Shown: positions 7,876 to 18,526, counted from the stretch's first letter. The stretch is DNA of 42,091 bases from Candidatus Thorarchaeota archaeon (GCA_038893995.1 JAWAQK010000016.1:1-42091); one strand, 5' to 3'. A program made the numbers and translations. The notes: generated by a model from the sequence alone, not told the origin.

Positions 7876-9465
7876 ATGCGAGATGACTCCCAGCAGGACT
7901 ACGTGTTGGCGGTGGATCACGGCACTTCCGCCATGAAAGTAGCGCTGGCTAACATGAGAGGTGACGTCTTAGCGCTGGAGTGCGCACCCATTGGGCTTCA
8001 GCTCAGACCTGGCGGCGGGGCTGAACAGGATCCCGGTGAATGGTGGTCTGCACTCGTGAAGTGCTCGCGCGGGCTTCTGGAGAGAGGACTAGTACCAGTC
8101 GATAGAATTCGGGCAGTGTGCTGTTCCAGTCAATGGTCTGGGACCGTACCTGTGGACAGGGAGGGCCATCCTATCGGAAACGCGCTGATCTGGATGGACT
8201 CGAGGGGCGCCCCCTACGTCAAGGCGGCTCTCAGGGGACTGATCAATGTCGAGGGGTACGGCATCCTGAACCTCGTGAGATGGCTCAGGAAGACGGCGGG
8301 CATTCCCAGCGCCAGCGGAAAGGATCCCATAGCTCACATCATGTACCTGAAGCACGAGAGGCCTGACGTATATAGGGACACCTACAAGTTTCTGGAATGC
8401 AAGGACTACCTGAATCTGGCACTGACTGGTGAGTTTGCTGCTTCCTTTGACTCGATTGCACTTCACTGGGTCGCGGACATCAGGAATATCGACAGGGTCC
8501 ACTACGATAGTGGACTGGCAAAGAAGCTGGGCATTCATCTCGACAAGCTCCCGGCCCTGAGACGCGCCACCGACATCCTCGGGACCGTGACACCCGATGC
8601 GGCACATGAGATCGGTGTCAAGCCGGACACGAAGGTGATCACGGGTTCACCCGACGTGCAGTCTGCAATAGTTGGGTCAGGGGCAGTGAGAGACTATGAA
8701 GGACACATCTACATCGGCACCAGCAGCTGGCTCACATGCCACGTCCCGTTCAAGAAGACAGACATATTTCACAACATGGCCACACTTCCCTCGCCCATTC
8801 CAGGACGATATTTCGTTGCGAACGAACAGGAGACTGCTGGTGCTTGCCTCACCTTCATTCGGGATAGCCTCCTCTTCCCTGATGACTCGCCGTGCTGCGG
8901 GGATCCGGGGATGTACAGGGAGTTTGACAGGATATGTGAGACTGCACCGCCAGGTAGCCACAGGATGATCTTCACGCCATGGCTGTACGGCGAACGGACT
9001 CCGGTGGAGGATCATGCCATAAGAGGGGGACTGTTCAACATCTCCCTTGAGGTGAAACGTTGCGACGTCATTAGGGCCGTGTTCGAGGGGGTCGCGTACA
9101 ACAGCAGGTGGCTGCTTGGTCTTGTTGAGAGATTTGTCGGAAGAAGAATGGACGCCCTGAACATCATCGGAGGCGGTGCTCAGTCGGACATCTGGTGCCA
9201 GATATACGCAGACGTGCTCAACAGAAGAATAAGGAGAGTGGCCGACCCCATTCAGGCGAACGCACGAGGAGCAGCGCTCATAGCCTCTATGGCTCTCGGA
9301 TATGTCACTCCTGACGAGATACCATCGACTGTGCGAATCTCCAGAGTCTTCGAACCAAATCCCGAGAACAGGAAGATCTACGATCAGTTGTACTCTGAGT
9401 TCCTGCACCTATACAGGCAGAATCGGGAGATGTATCATCGACTGAATGCACCAGTCAAGGACTAG
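7876..9465 (+). CDS. FGGY-family carbohydrate kinase (xylulokinase-like)
   Basis: Motifs VLAVDHGTSAMKV, AEQDPGEWW, ALIWMDSR, PWLYGERTP, RAVFEGVAY and IIGGGAQS. ATG 7876 follows GAGGA and is preferred over the 7708 start. Confidence 0.9.
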   Translation: MRDDSQQDYVLAVDHGTSAMKVALANMRGDVLALECAPIGLQLRPGGGAEQDPGEWWSALVKCSRGLLERGLVPVDRIRAVCCSSQWSGTVPVDREGHPIGNALIWMDSRGAPYVKAALRGLINVEGYGILNLVRWLRKTAGIPSASGKDPIAHIMYLKHERPDVYRDTYKFLECKDYLNLALTGEFAASFDSIALHWVADIRNIDRVHYDSGLAKKLGIHLDKLPALRRATDILGTVTPDAAHEIGVKPDTKVITGSPDVQSAIVGSGAVRDYEGHIYIGTSSWLTCHVPFKKTDIFHNMATLPSPIPGRYFVANEQETAGACLTFIRDSLLFPDDSPCCGDPGMYREFDRICETAPPGSHRMIFTPWLYGERTPVEDHAIRGGLFNISLEVKRCDVIRAVFEGVAYNSRWLLGLVERFVGRRMDALNIIGGGAQSDIWCQIYADVLNRRIRRVADPIQANARGAALIASMALGYVTPDEIPSTVRISRVFEPNPENRKIYDQLYSEFLHLYRQNREMYHRLNAPVKD

Positions 9466-9573
9466 CTCAGGATAGAAGCCAAATAGAGGAGCGCAGAGAA
9501 CTCCCCCCGTACTGGGTACGGTGGCATGGTGCGAGCCAGTACCTGTCGCCTGTACCAACGAGTCTACGGGCTC

Positions 9574-10242
9574 TCAACCGACCCCATTCTCCGAAAGTGA
9601 GAATCTCGACAAGACCTCGACGACTTCCCTGTCCGAGACATCGTACCAGAGCTCGTACGCCTCAGCCACTGCAAAGCTCCACCCAGACTCGATGCGGGGA
9701 CAGAGCAGCCTGTCTACTGCCCTCCGGACCAGCTCATAGGCAGAGCTGGACGCTGTGGGGACAGCCACTGTCAGCGACCGGGGCCGTCGTTGTGTCACTG
9801 AACGAATAGCAGCCATCATGGTATAACCAGAAGCTAGCCCGTCGTCAACCAGGATCACATCTCTCCCGCTGGGGGTGTGGGTGCCCACCAGTCCACCATA
9901 TGTAGCTCTTCGTTCCTCGATCTGACGACGGGTCCTCTCAATGGCCTGTTGAACCTCTTCTTCACTCAGATGAAGGCTGGCGAGTAACTCCCTGTTCAGC
10001 AAGACTCCACCCAGTGAGTCAATTGCTCCAAACCCTGCCTCAGTATTGAAAGGAATCTGTATCTTCCTCACTATCATGATGTCGAGGTCTGCATGCAGCC
10101 CCCTCGCTATCGGTTCTGCGACCAGCACGCCACCATTGGGAATGGCAAGGACCAGCAGCCGGCCGACAGGATGGACCTCTCTGAGTAGCATGTCCCGGAG
10201 GACTGTCCCGGCCTCAGTCCGATTCCTATAGGACCACGTCAT
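9574..10242 (-). CDS. Type I phosphoribosyltransferase family protein
   Basis: Motifs YRNRTEAG, VLAIPNGGV and VRKI, plus the PRPP-binding loop VILVDDGLASGYT. Confidence 0.9.
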   Translation of the reverse strand: MTWSYRNRTEAGTVLRDMLLREVHPVGRLLVLAIPNGGVLVAEPIARGLHADLDIMIVRKIQIPFNTEAGFGAIDSLGGVLLNRELLASLHLSEEEVQQAIERTRRQIEERRATYGGLVGTHTPSGRDVILVDDGLASGYTMMAAIRSVTQRRPRSLTVAVPTASSSAYELVRRAVDRLLCPRIESGWSFAVAEAYELWYDVSDREVVEVLSRFSLSENGVG

Positions 10243-10393
10243 CGCAGCATTCTTTCACAGACTCACGATAAAACTGAGTTGGTCAGCGCCACACTGCCGA
10301 GTAGACGAGACTGCGGAGGGTCGCTGAGTCTGGGACAGTCTGTAGGGGACATGGAGTCATGTCGCTGGTGTCCCGGAGGATTCTTTAGATGTC

Positions 10394-11761
10394 ATGTCCG
10401 AGTCACCTGTGGTGACGAAGCTGGACTACCTCACTGAGGCAATAGGCCTTGTCCAGGAGATGGTGCGTAATAGGTGCGTCAATCCACCGGGAAACGAGAT
10501 GAGATCGATACGCTCCATCGAGAAGTACCTCAGCACCTACGGGGTCAGCTGTGACATCATGGAGTCAGCTCCAGACCGGGGCAACCTACTGTGTGTCGTC
10601 AAGGGGAGCGAGAAGCATCCCAGCCTGATGCTGGGTCCAGGTCACGTGGACGTGGTGCCGGTCGCAGACCCATCCATCTGGACCCACGATCCGTTCTCCG
10701 GGGAGATACACGATGGATGCATATGGGGCAGAGGCACTCTCGATATGCTATACGTCGTCGCTGCACAGGTCGTGGCTTTTGCTCAGCTCTGGCGGGAGGG
10801 GTTTAGGCCCAGAGGAGATCTCAAGCTCCTTGTCGTGTGTGACGAAGAGGCTGCCGGTACCTACGGCGCAGAGTGGCTGGTCAACACTCACCCCGACAAG
10901 GTGAAGGTCGACTACCTGATCACCGAGGGAGGCGGCTACGAGATCGCGCCCCACAGAGTCGCGTACAACCATGGAGAGAAGGGGGGAACCTGGCTGAGGT
11001 TGAGCACTAGGGGCAGAGAACAGCACGGTTCTATGCCCTTTGGATCAGACAATGCAGTCTTGAAGATGGCAGAGGCAGTGAGGAGGCTCGCCTGCTACAG
11101 GACACCAGTCTCCACTGACCACATACGGGACCTCGTCCAGGACCTTCCCATGAGCTGGCTCTCAAAGAGAATCGTCACCAGTAGGCGCCTGCTTGACTTT
11201 GCCATCAGGAGTATCTCACGTACAGACCCGGCCCGTGCAAGCCTGCTCTACTCCATCAGCCGCATGACGATATCACCCAACTTGTGCAAGGGAGGTACAA
11301 AGGTCAACGTCGTTCCAGGCGAGGCGTATGTCGACGTGGACATACGTACTCTGCCCGGCCAAGACCAAGAGTACGTGGCGGAGCACCTGAAGAGGGCCCT
11401 TGGGCAGGCAGCGAAGTACGTGACTATCGGACCTGTGCCTAGGGAGGCCGGCGCGACGCCGTCCTACGGTAATTCCAGCGACAAGAGGTCACCTCTAGTG
11501 GAGATCATGGAGCAGGTCGCCGCCGAGTGCCGCTCGGATGACACGAAGCTGGTACCCATGTTGATGCCTGGTGTGACAGACTGCAGGTTCTTCCGACAGA
11601 GATGGAACACCCAGGCCTACGGTTTCAGCCTGTTCGACAGTAGTATTCCCGTCGGCGAACTCATGAGAATGGCCCATGGCACAGACGAGCGTATATCTCT
11701 GGGGTCCATCGACATGTCTACCCGAGCCTACATGGAGATAGCACGTCGGTTCCTGGCATAA
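10394..11761 (+). CDS. M20/M25/M40 family metallo-hydrolase (ArgE/DapE-like)
   Basis: Metal-ligand motifs GHVDVVP, WGRGTLDM, DEE, ITEGG and AHGTDERI. Confidence 0.9.
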   Translation: MSESPVVTKLDYLTEAIGLVQEMVRNRCVNPPGNEMRSIRSIEKYLSTYGVSCDIMESAPDRGNLLCVVKGSEKHPSLMLGPGHVDVVPVADPSIWTHDPFSGEIHDGCIWGRGTLDMLYVVAAQVVAFAQLWREGFRPRGDLKLLVVCDEEAAGTYGAEWLVNTHPDKVKVDYLITEGGGYEIAPHRVAYNHGEKGGTWLRLSTRGREQHGSMPFGSDNAVLKMAEAVRRLACYRTPVSTDHIRDLVQDLPMSWLSKRIVTSRRLLDFAIRSISRTDPARASLLYSISRMTISPNLCKGGTKVNVVPGEAYVDVDIRTLPGQDQEYVAEHLKRALGQAAKYVTIGPVPREAGATPSYGNSSDKRSPLVEIMEQVAAECRSDDTKLVPMLMPGVTDCRFFRQRWNTQAYGFSLFDSSIPVGELMRMAHGTDERISLGSIDMSTRAYMEIARRFLA

Positions 11762-11826
11762 GCTCAAAAGAGGGGGTTCGTATCTGTTTCAGCGATGTTT
11801 GCATCAGCTTCAGGAAGGAGTGACAG

Positions 11827-12027
11827 ATGCCCCAGCTGAAATACGATCACCGGGTGAAGGCCAATTTTGCGTTTGACGCGACAAAGGTCGGGCTGCCCTC
11901 GCGACATCCATCCCTCATGCGGTTCACCGAGGTACTGTGGTACGGGAAGGACGATGAAGGATACTGCGTCTATAAGAAGGATCCCAAGACCGGCGAGGTC
12001 CTACGAATCGACTTTCTACCTCCGTGA
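11827..12027 (+). CDS. Small hypothetical protein (66 aa)
   Basis: ATG follows AGGAAGGAGTGA. The codon style matches neighbouring genes and the ORF fills an intergenic gap. Confidence 0.7.
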   Translation: MPQLKYDHRVKANFAFDATKVGLPSRHPSLMRFTEVLWYGKDDEGYCVYKKDPKTGEVLRIDFLPP

Positions 12028-12118
12028 GGACATTCGAGTCTCTTGACGGCAGTGCCCGCGACGTTCCCTTCAGGAGGATACGTCTGCACTCACACTCCTG
12101 GCAGCGGAGAGAAAGGCG

Positions 12119-13117
12119 ATGTTCCAACTGACGAGAAGGATTCAGCCATGTCATGGTGACGACGGCGACTACATCACACTCGTGGGGTTCTTGCTAGAGT
12201 CCGCAAGAATCATCTGCCCCGGCTATGACCCTCCAGAGACGTGGGTCGAGCTGGGAGAGCAGACCCAGCCAGACGGCACCAGGGTATCTCGGACAACACT
12301 GGGAGACCACAGGACAGGAATGACGGTCACCGTGAGTATGCGTCACGAGGCTGGGTCTGAAACGCCTGTAGAGGACCAGGTGGGGGTCGTTGCACACGGT
12401 CTACCCCCGGGAATCGTCCTAGAGATACGAATGTCAAGACAGCGGGAGGGACCTCGATGCGTCGAGCTTACAGTCTCGGGAGCTGAAGAGGATGTTCAGA
12501 GTGTGCTCGACAGATTCGAGAAGTTCTTCTCAGACAGAGATGCGTCACAGGAGTCAAGACTTGCGTACCTGCTGAGATCAACCGCGGTCTCAGCCCGACT
12601 ACATGCCTGGCGTACCACCGAGTCGAAGGCACTCAGATGCCTCGAGATCGACCCGCACAATCCCGAGGCAACGATGTACCTCGGTATCGCAAGGGCCGAA
12701 CAGGGATTCGATGCTGAAGGAGAGGGTCTGCTCCTTGCGTCACTGATGCTGGACCCCAAGAACGTCAGGGCCTACTACCACTCGGCAATGGTGGCTCTTC
12801 GACAGGGCAGATGCCTGACGGCAGCAGATTTTCTGTCCCATGCAAGGTCTTTGAACCCTCAAGACCATCTGGTTCTGTATCACCTCGGAAAAGCACTGGA
12901 GGGGATGGGTCGCCTGAAGGACGCACTCAATGCATACATGGAGGCACTGAATGCTTCGCCACCCGCGCAGTGGGATGCAGGATTCGACACGGTCGACTTT
13001 CGCAGCCTCGCGTCGGCCTCAGTCGATAGACTCAGGGCGGCTGCCGATGGCGAGGCAAGAGCTGCGAATGCCTGCACGGATGGCCCGCTGGGCGACCAAG
13101 TCTTCTCCGTCGATTAG
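12119..13117 (+). CDS. Tetratricopeptide-repeat protein with an unknown N-terminal domain
   Basis: Three to four TPR units (CLEIDPHNPEATMYLG, LDPKNVRAYYHSA, LNPQDHLVLYHLGKALEGMG). The start is uncertain, and TTG 12191 is an alternative. Confidence 0.8.
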   Translation: MFQLTRRIQPCHGDDGDYITLVGFLLESARIICPGYDPPETWVELGEQTQPDGTRVSRTTLGDHRTGMTVTVSMRHEAGSETPVEDQVGVVAHGLPPGIVLEIRMSRQREGPRCVELTVSGAEEDVQSVLDRFEKFFSDRDASQESRLAYLLRSTAVSARLHAWRTTESKALRCLEIDPHNPEATMYLGIARAEQGFDAEGEGLLLASLMLDPKNVRAYYHSAMVALRQGRCLTAADFLSHARSLNPQDHLVLYHLGKALEGMGRLKDALNAYMEALNASPPAQWDAGFDTVDFRSLASASVDRLRAAADGEARAANACTDGPLGDQVFSVD

Positions 13118-13137
13118 GGCAAGAGCCCTATCAGATG

Positions 13138-13965
13138 TCATTCTCTTGGCCTGTCGCTGCCAGTACCCTCTTGCCCGACACTCAGTATGAAGTCTGCGAT
13201 CAGCCTGGCGAGCCGCTCGTGCTGCTCCACATCGGGACTGTGACCGCAGTCCTCGAGGATGACCAGCCGTGAACCACGTATTCTCTCATTCATCATTCGG
13301 GCCATTGCAGGGTCCATTATGCGGTCCTTGCTTCCATGGACTATGAGCACAGGCACACTGATCTCACCCAATCGGTCGACCACATCAAAGCTGGAGAAGC
13401 CAAGGACAGAACTGACATCAAACCGTCGAGCATCCTCCAAGAATCTACGCTTGAGTCGGTCCATGAGGTCCGGATTGTCCTCGATGAAACTCTCCGTAAA
13501 GGCATCCCTCGTCGAGGCCCACCAGTAGGCCTCGTCACCCCCCTGGAGCTGTGCCTCTCTCCACGAGTATACGACATCGATCAGTTGTTCAGTGACACAC
13601 GGGGTTGTCGACACGAGGACGGCTGCAGACACATGACGAGGAAAGTCAAGGAGCATCTGAAGGAGGACCATTCCGCCCATGGAGATGCCCACGACCGGTG
13701 CCCGTTCAATTGAGAGATGCGACATCAACCCGGCAATGTCTGCAGCATAGTCTGATGGCATGCTCATTCCCTCTGGGCAGTCTGACGACCCGTGACACCG
13801 TAGGTCGGGCATGATGACCCTGAATCGTTCAGACAGGTGAGGTTCGACGAATTCCCACGACCGGTGATCACCACCCAGACCATGGACAAGCACTAGAGGG
13901 GGTCCATTCCCGACTGCCTTCAGATTGAGCATAGTTCCTCTGATGTCTATTCTCTGCAAGTTCAC
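13138..13965 (-). CDS. Alpha/beta fold hydrolase
   Basis: LVHGLGG, DLRCHG, nucleophile elbow GISMGG, HGSKD and CGHSP. GTG start with a GGTGGTGA RBS. Confidence 0.92.
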   Translation of the reverse strand: MNLQRIDIRGTMLNLKAVGNGPPLVLVHGLGGDHRSWEFVEPHLSERFRVIMPDLRCHGSSDCPEGMSMPSDYAADIAGLMSHLSIERAPVVGISMGGMVLLQMLLDFPRHVSAAVLVSTTPCVTEQLIDVVYSWREAQLQGGDEAYWWASTRDAFTESFIEDNPDLMDRLKRRFLEDARRFDVSSVLGFSSFDVVDRLGEISVPVLIVHGSKDRIMDPAMARMMNERIRGSRLVILEDCGHSPDVEQHERLARLIADFILSVGQEGTGSDRPRE

Positions 13966-14466
13966 TCACCACCAGTGACGCCAATGAGTAGCGGAAGACC
14001 TTGCACTGACCAGTGTCCAGCCATCTTAATATGTTCGTTTGTCACGAGTGCATCCTGACAATGACCACAGTAACGTCGAAGCTACGATACAGCGACAACT
14101 CCTCTATCCCGGACAGCTCTGACATGTCATCTCACCTACAGAAACATCCGGTGATTCTTGCTACTTCACATACATCAGGTCACGGTCCTAGTTCTCAATG
14201 TCCGGCAGCAGTGTATTCACCTGGACGGGGGGCGGGTCGATCAAGTTGTCCATGCGGTCGATCGACCGTATACAAGATACTGCCACATGGCCTACTACTG
14301 GCCAGACAGTATCACGATTCGACACACAGGCTGACCTCGCGTGGCCTTCGCTGGAGGCGCGGACGCAGTGTAACTTGCCATCACGCTGAATGCGATCCTC
14401 CTGCATCTCCAACGGCCCACGAGAGACTAGGTCAGACTGTCCTATTGCACTCAGCCTCCTCTCAGG

Positions 14467-16761
14467 GTGGATCCCATGACTACGTCACCGTACGGTAATT
14501 CTTCCTCTATCCACGCTGTTGTCCTTTGGGCAGCGACTGGAATCCTGGCTGCGACAGTCCTATGGATCGTCACCCTTCCAGCCTGGGAAGGGGAGCCTAT
14601 CCTGGCATCCAGCATGTTTGATTCGCTCACAGTGTTCACGTCGGCGGTCTGTGCTGGTACTATCTTAGTACGTCATGCTGACATGGGTATTGACAGACCG
14701 ACGCTGTTCCACATACCATTCATCTACTCCGCTGTGACGTACGCATACAGGGTTGCTCAGGTCATATTCGGGAACCAGACATATATCGCCAGGTCAGTCG
14801 AGTATGCATTGCTGGATGTCTTCAACGCCAGTGTCTTCTCTGCAACAGTACTCTTGGCCACACTCGTCAACACTGGTATGGTTAGATGCTCCTGGGACGG
14901 TTGGGCCACCTCGTCCCTTGCTATCGTGTTCGCGCTCTCCGAGATATCAATGCATCCCATCCTCTTCGCGATCCAAGCTACATACCAAGCTCCCACCCTT
15001 TTCGCAGCAGGTGTGATATCATCCATAGCCCTGTTGACCACTGCTCAGATAACATGGGTGAAGATGAAGGGCATCCGGGCCTATCGTTCGTCGGTACTAA
15101 TAGCAGGATTCCTCATGCTTGTCCTGTCCTGGGGCCACACAGTGTTCAATACTCTCCATGCCGGCGCGTCCTGGAGCCTATCTCCAGTCCTCAGGCTTAT
15201 CGGTATGCAGCTGGTGTTCATGTCGGGTGCACTGCCGCACCTTCGGATGGCCGGATGGGGAAAGCGGCCCACCCTCATATACGTCGTCATTCTGTCATCA
15301 GTAGTCATCTTGCCAGCGGCCACTGCGGCCGTGACGACCTGGGCAATCCACGGTAGCATCCTTCCCCAGTACCAGACGTACGCGTTGATTCATGCCGGCG
15401 CTGCTGTGCTCTCATCTAGCATGTCAGTCCTCGTCATTTTCTACGACAAGGGCAGATTTTCCGGGGCTAGATATCCAATTGCTGCGTCCCTGACCTCATG
15501 GTCGGTCGTCGAAACTGTGCAGGTGATCACAGCGATCTCGGCTCGCACCATTGTTGATGCAGACTCGGCTCTGCGCAATCAGCTGGTGGGTGCGGTGACC
15601 ACACTGTTGCTCTTGAGCCTGGCCCTCCGCTGGATCGTGACACCTCCACCAGAAGGTTCTCGCAAGAAGTTGAGACTGATGCACATTGGCGTGATAGGTG
15701 GAACCCTGGCTGGCATTGGTATTCTGAAGGTCATACACGATGCCACTCTGGCAGTGATTGGATCTGCGACTCTGACCAATGCAGTCCGCGTCACGATAGT
15801 GGTCATCGTACTTTTCATCGCCTTTGTCTATGCATACTTGGACCTCGTTGCTGCATCTGCGACTAGGGGCAGGGTCACGATAGACCTCTTTGCAGTCCGG
15901 TTCATCATTGTCTGGGTTGTCCCCTCTCTGGTGAAGGCCATCTGTCCTCACACATCCGCGGGATGGTGGGTCGCAGAGGTGGTGCTGTTTGCCGGTCTTC
16001 TAATTGGTCCAGTCATCATGGGACACTTCTACATAATCGAGATTAATGAGAGGGAGGCTCACGCCAGACGCGCAGCGCTGTACGCAGACCTCCTCATGCA
16101 TGACATCTCCAACTATCATCAGGCACTATCACTGTCTCTGGGACTGATCGAGTCAGGCAAGCTGGGTGAAGCCGAGGTCCGGAATGTCCTGAAGAGCGCA
16201 AACGAGTGCCTAGCGAGGGCAGACGACATTATTCTCAACGTCAGAAGAATCGGTGCAATCAGCAGCGCAGAGGGGTCGGCTCTCGTAGTGACAGACATAG
16301 TAGAGGTCGCTCAGGAGGCTCTCAGGACCGTGGCAACCAGGAACGCAGGGCAGGAAATCAAGTTAGAAATCAACAGAAAACCGGGCGAGTGTTTCACCAT
16401 GGCGAGCCCACTACTGCTAGACGTGTTTCTGATCCTCCTCTCAGGAGCTGCTGAGGGCGTCGGAGAACCGATCATAAATATCGAGATCACACCCCGAAAG
16501 ACAGCAAGCCGTTCTCTCTGGGATGTATCACTGACAGATTACAGAGGACGATCAGAACAGCCGGACCGGCCTATAGCGCTGGGAGAGAATATGAATGGTG
16601 GGGTCAGCCTTGGATTCTACGTGGCGAGCCTACTCGTCGAGAGCTTCGGAGGAGAACTGTCTGTGAGAAACATTGTTCCAGACCGATCCTCTGCAGGAAC
16701 TGTCTATCTGCTCCGACTGCCCCGCGTCGAAAACCCGAGGCAGGATCGGGGCGCCCGGTGA
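14467..16761 (+). CDS. Multi-pass membrane sensor histidine-kinase-like protein with a degenerate HATPase domain
   Basis: About 13-15 hydrophobic segments, an H-box LYADLLMHDISNY and a G2-like GVSLGFYVASLLVESFGG. The N and G1 boxes are altered. Confidence 0.75.
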   Translation: MDPMTTSPYGNSSSIHAVVLWAATGILAATVLWIVTLPAWEGEPILASSMFDSLTVFTSAVCAGTILVRHADMGIDRPTLFHIPFIYSAVTYAYRVAQVIFGNQTYIARSVEYALLDVFNASVFSATVLLATLVNTGMVRCSWDGWATSSLAIVFALSEISMHPILFAIQATYQAPTLFAAGVISSIALLTTAQITWVKMKGIRAYRSSVLIAGFLMLVLSWGHTVFNTLHAGASWSLSPVLRLIGMQLVFMSGALPHLRMAGWGKRPTLIYVVILSSVVILPAATAAVTTWAIHGSILPQYQTYALIHAGAAVLSSSMSVLVIFYDKGRFSGARYPIAASLTSWSVVETVQVITAISARTIVDADSALRNQLVGAVTTLLLLSLALRWIVTPPPEGSRKKLRLMHIGVIGGTLAGIGILKVIHDATLAVIGSATLTNAVRVTIVVIVLFIAFVYAYLDLVAASATRGRVTIDLFAVRFIIVWVVPSLVKAICPHTSAGWWVAEVVLFAGLLIGPVIMGHFYIIEINEREAHARRAALYADLLMHDISNYHQALSLSLGLIESGKLGEAEVRNVLKSANECLARADDIILNVRRIGAISSAEGSALVVTDIVEVAQEALRTVATRNAGQEIKLEINRKPGECFTMASPLLLDVFLILLSGAAEGVGEPIINIEITPRKTASRSLWDVSLTDYRGRSEQPDRPIALGENMNGGVSLGFYVASLLVESFGGELSVRNIVPDRSSAGTVYLLRLPRVENPRQDRGAR

Positions 16762-16963
16762 TGTGTAAAGCCTGAGAGAATGCCAGCTCAATGTCACTGA
16801 CGAGTCCATTGGGAAAGGCTCTCAAGGATTGTCACTGGGAATCAGGTGCATCACAGTGCGTTGCCCTGAAGTAGAATGCCTTCGGCCAAGAGGTCAAGAT
16901 GCGAATTCGACGATTGCTTCTGGACCGATACCGTTGTATTGAGGGCATGTGGGAGGTCCTGTG

Positions 16964-17569
16964 ATGAATCCAAGATTCCATGATGTGCTCTTTGGTCGGC
17001 GAAGCGTACGAAAGTATTCAGACGCTGACGTCACGGATGATGTGATTTTGCGTCTCGTCCAAGCAGCACTTGCAGCCCCCTCCGCACATAACTCACAGCC
17101 AGCAAGGTTTGTCGTGCTTCGCAGGGGTGAGACCAGGAGTAGACTCATCAGGCGAATGGCAGACAGATACTTGGCAGACATGACTGCGGATGGCCTGGAC
17201 CCAGAAACGATACGGGAGAGACTTCAGGAATCGGATCGACTCCTAGGAGGAGCCCCGATCATCATACTCGTCTGCCTGACCATGCGCAACATGCACACAT
17301 ATCCGGACGATGTAAGATCGAGCCATGAGTACACCATGGCCGTCCAGAGTACGTCTGCAGCAATCCAGAACATCCTTCTGGCTGCGCACGCAGAGGGACT
17401 TGGTGCCTGTTGGGTCTGCGCACCGCTGTTCTGCAAGGACGTTGTCAAGTCCGAACTGGGTCTTCCCGACGACTACGACCCGCAGGCATTTGTGCTGCTC
17501 GGCCATCCGGCTGAGAACCCACCTCTACCCCCTAGGAGGACGACCGAGGAAGTCATGCGGATAATGTAG
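16964..17569 (+). CDS. Nitroreductase of the FbiB C-terminal-domain type (putative dehydro-F420 reductase)
   Basis: RRSVRKY, APSAHNSQP, ADMTADG, HTYPD..R..HEYTM, AAIQNILLAAHAEGLGACW. It lies directly upstream of cofD and has a GGAGGT RBS at 16952. Confidence 0.8.
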   Translation: MNPRFHDVLFGRRSVRKYSDADVTDDVILRLVQAALAAPSAHNSQPARFVVLRRGETRSRLIRRMADRYLADMTADGLDPETIRERLQESDRLLGGAPIIILVCLTMRNMHTYPDDVRSSHEYTMAVQSTSAAIQNILLAAHAEGLGACWVCAPLFCKDVVKSELGLPDDYDPQAFVLLGHPAENPPLPPRRTTEEVMRIM

Positions 17570-17572
17570 TGG

Positions 17573-18526
17573 GTGATGGTAATGAGAGTCGTCGCACTGT
17601 CAGGCGGCATTGGCGGAGCCAAGCTTGCACTCGGACTCTACCGTGTCCTCTCGCCTGGTGAGCTCACAATAGTTGGAAACACGGGCGATGATATCGAGAT
17701 GTTTGGTCTTCATATCTCTCCTGATCTCGATATCGTGATGTACACTCTCAGCGGAAGGGCGGATCCACAGAAGGGGTGGGGCATCGCTGGGGACACGTTC
17801 CACTTTCTGGACGAGCTGTCCAGAGCGTATCATCTCGACACCTGGTTTGGACTCGGGGACCGTGACATTGCAACACATGTCCTGAGGACAGAGATGCTGA
17901 AACGTGGAGAACCGCTGTCGAGCGCGACCAGACAACTGTGTCAAATGTCTGGACTGACTGACATGACGCTCCTACCGATGACGGATGATACTGTCTGCAC
18001 CAGGGTAGACATCGGTGATGTTGAAACAATCCACTTTGAAGAGTACTTTGTGAAGCGTCAGTGCAGAGACAGGATCTATGGAGTGTCCTACGCAGGCTCA
18101 GAAACCGCAGCACCGGCTCCGGGAGTAATAGAGGCTATCGAAGTGGCAGACATCCTTGTCGTGTGTCCAAGCAACCCCATCGCTTCAATAGGGCCGATCC
18201 TCTCAGTGCGGCAGATCAGAGAGGCTATGCATTCCGTCGACTGCCCAGTGGTGGTGGTCTCACCCCTAGTTGGCGGGAGGGCAATCAAGGGGCCTACGGA
18301 GGAGTTCATGCGAGGACTGGGGTACGATGTGTCGGTCCTTGGGGTGGCAGACTACTACAGAGACATGATGACCCATCTCGTGATAGACACGCGGGATATG
18401 GAGTACAGTAATGAGTTGAGTGCACGGGGTGTCGTACCCATTGTGACGAACACTGTGATGCAGACCACAGACGACAAGGTGCGGCTGGCCAGGGAGGTGA
18501 TTAAGGCTGCGTCCGTTGGCGACTGA
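17573..18526 (+). CDS. cofD: 2-phospho-L-lactate/PEP transferase (LPPG:FO transferase)
   Basis: LSGGIGGAKL, VGNTGDD, ISPDLDIVMYTL, WFGLGDRDIATH, HFEEYFV, PSNPIASIGPIL and KGP. Confidence 0.95.
   Translation: MMVMRVVALSGGIGGAKLALGLYRVLSPGELTIVGNTGDDIEMFGLHISPDLDIVMYTLSGRADPQKGWGIAGDTFHFLDELSRAYHLDTWFGLGDRDIATHVLRTEMLKRGEPLSSATRQLCQMSGLTDMTLLPMTDDTVCTRVDIGDVETIHFEEYFVKRQCRDRIYGVSYAGSETAAPAPGVIEAIEVADILVVCPSNPIASIGPILSVRQIREAMHSVDCPVVVVSPLVGGRAIKGPTEEFMRGLGYDVSVLGVADYYRDMMTHLVIDTRDMEYSNELSARGVVPIVTNTVMQTTDDKVRLAREVIKAASVGD

Noticed and set aside
13966-14466. ORFs 14013-14498, 14188-14412 and 14198-14389 in a 500-nt gap
   Set aside because: They have atypical composition, no RBS and no motifs, so the region is treated as intergenic.
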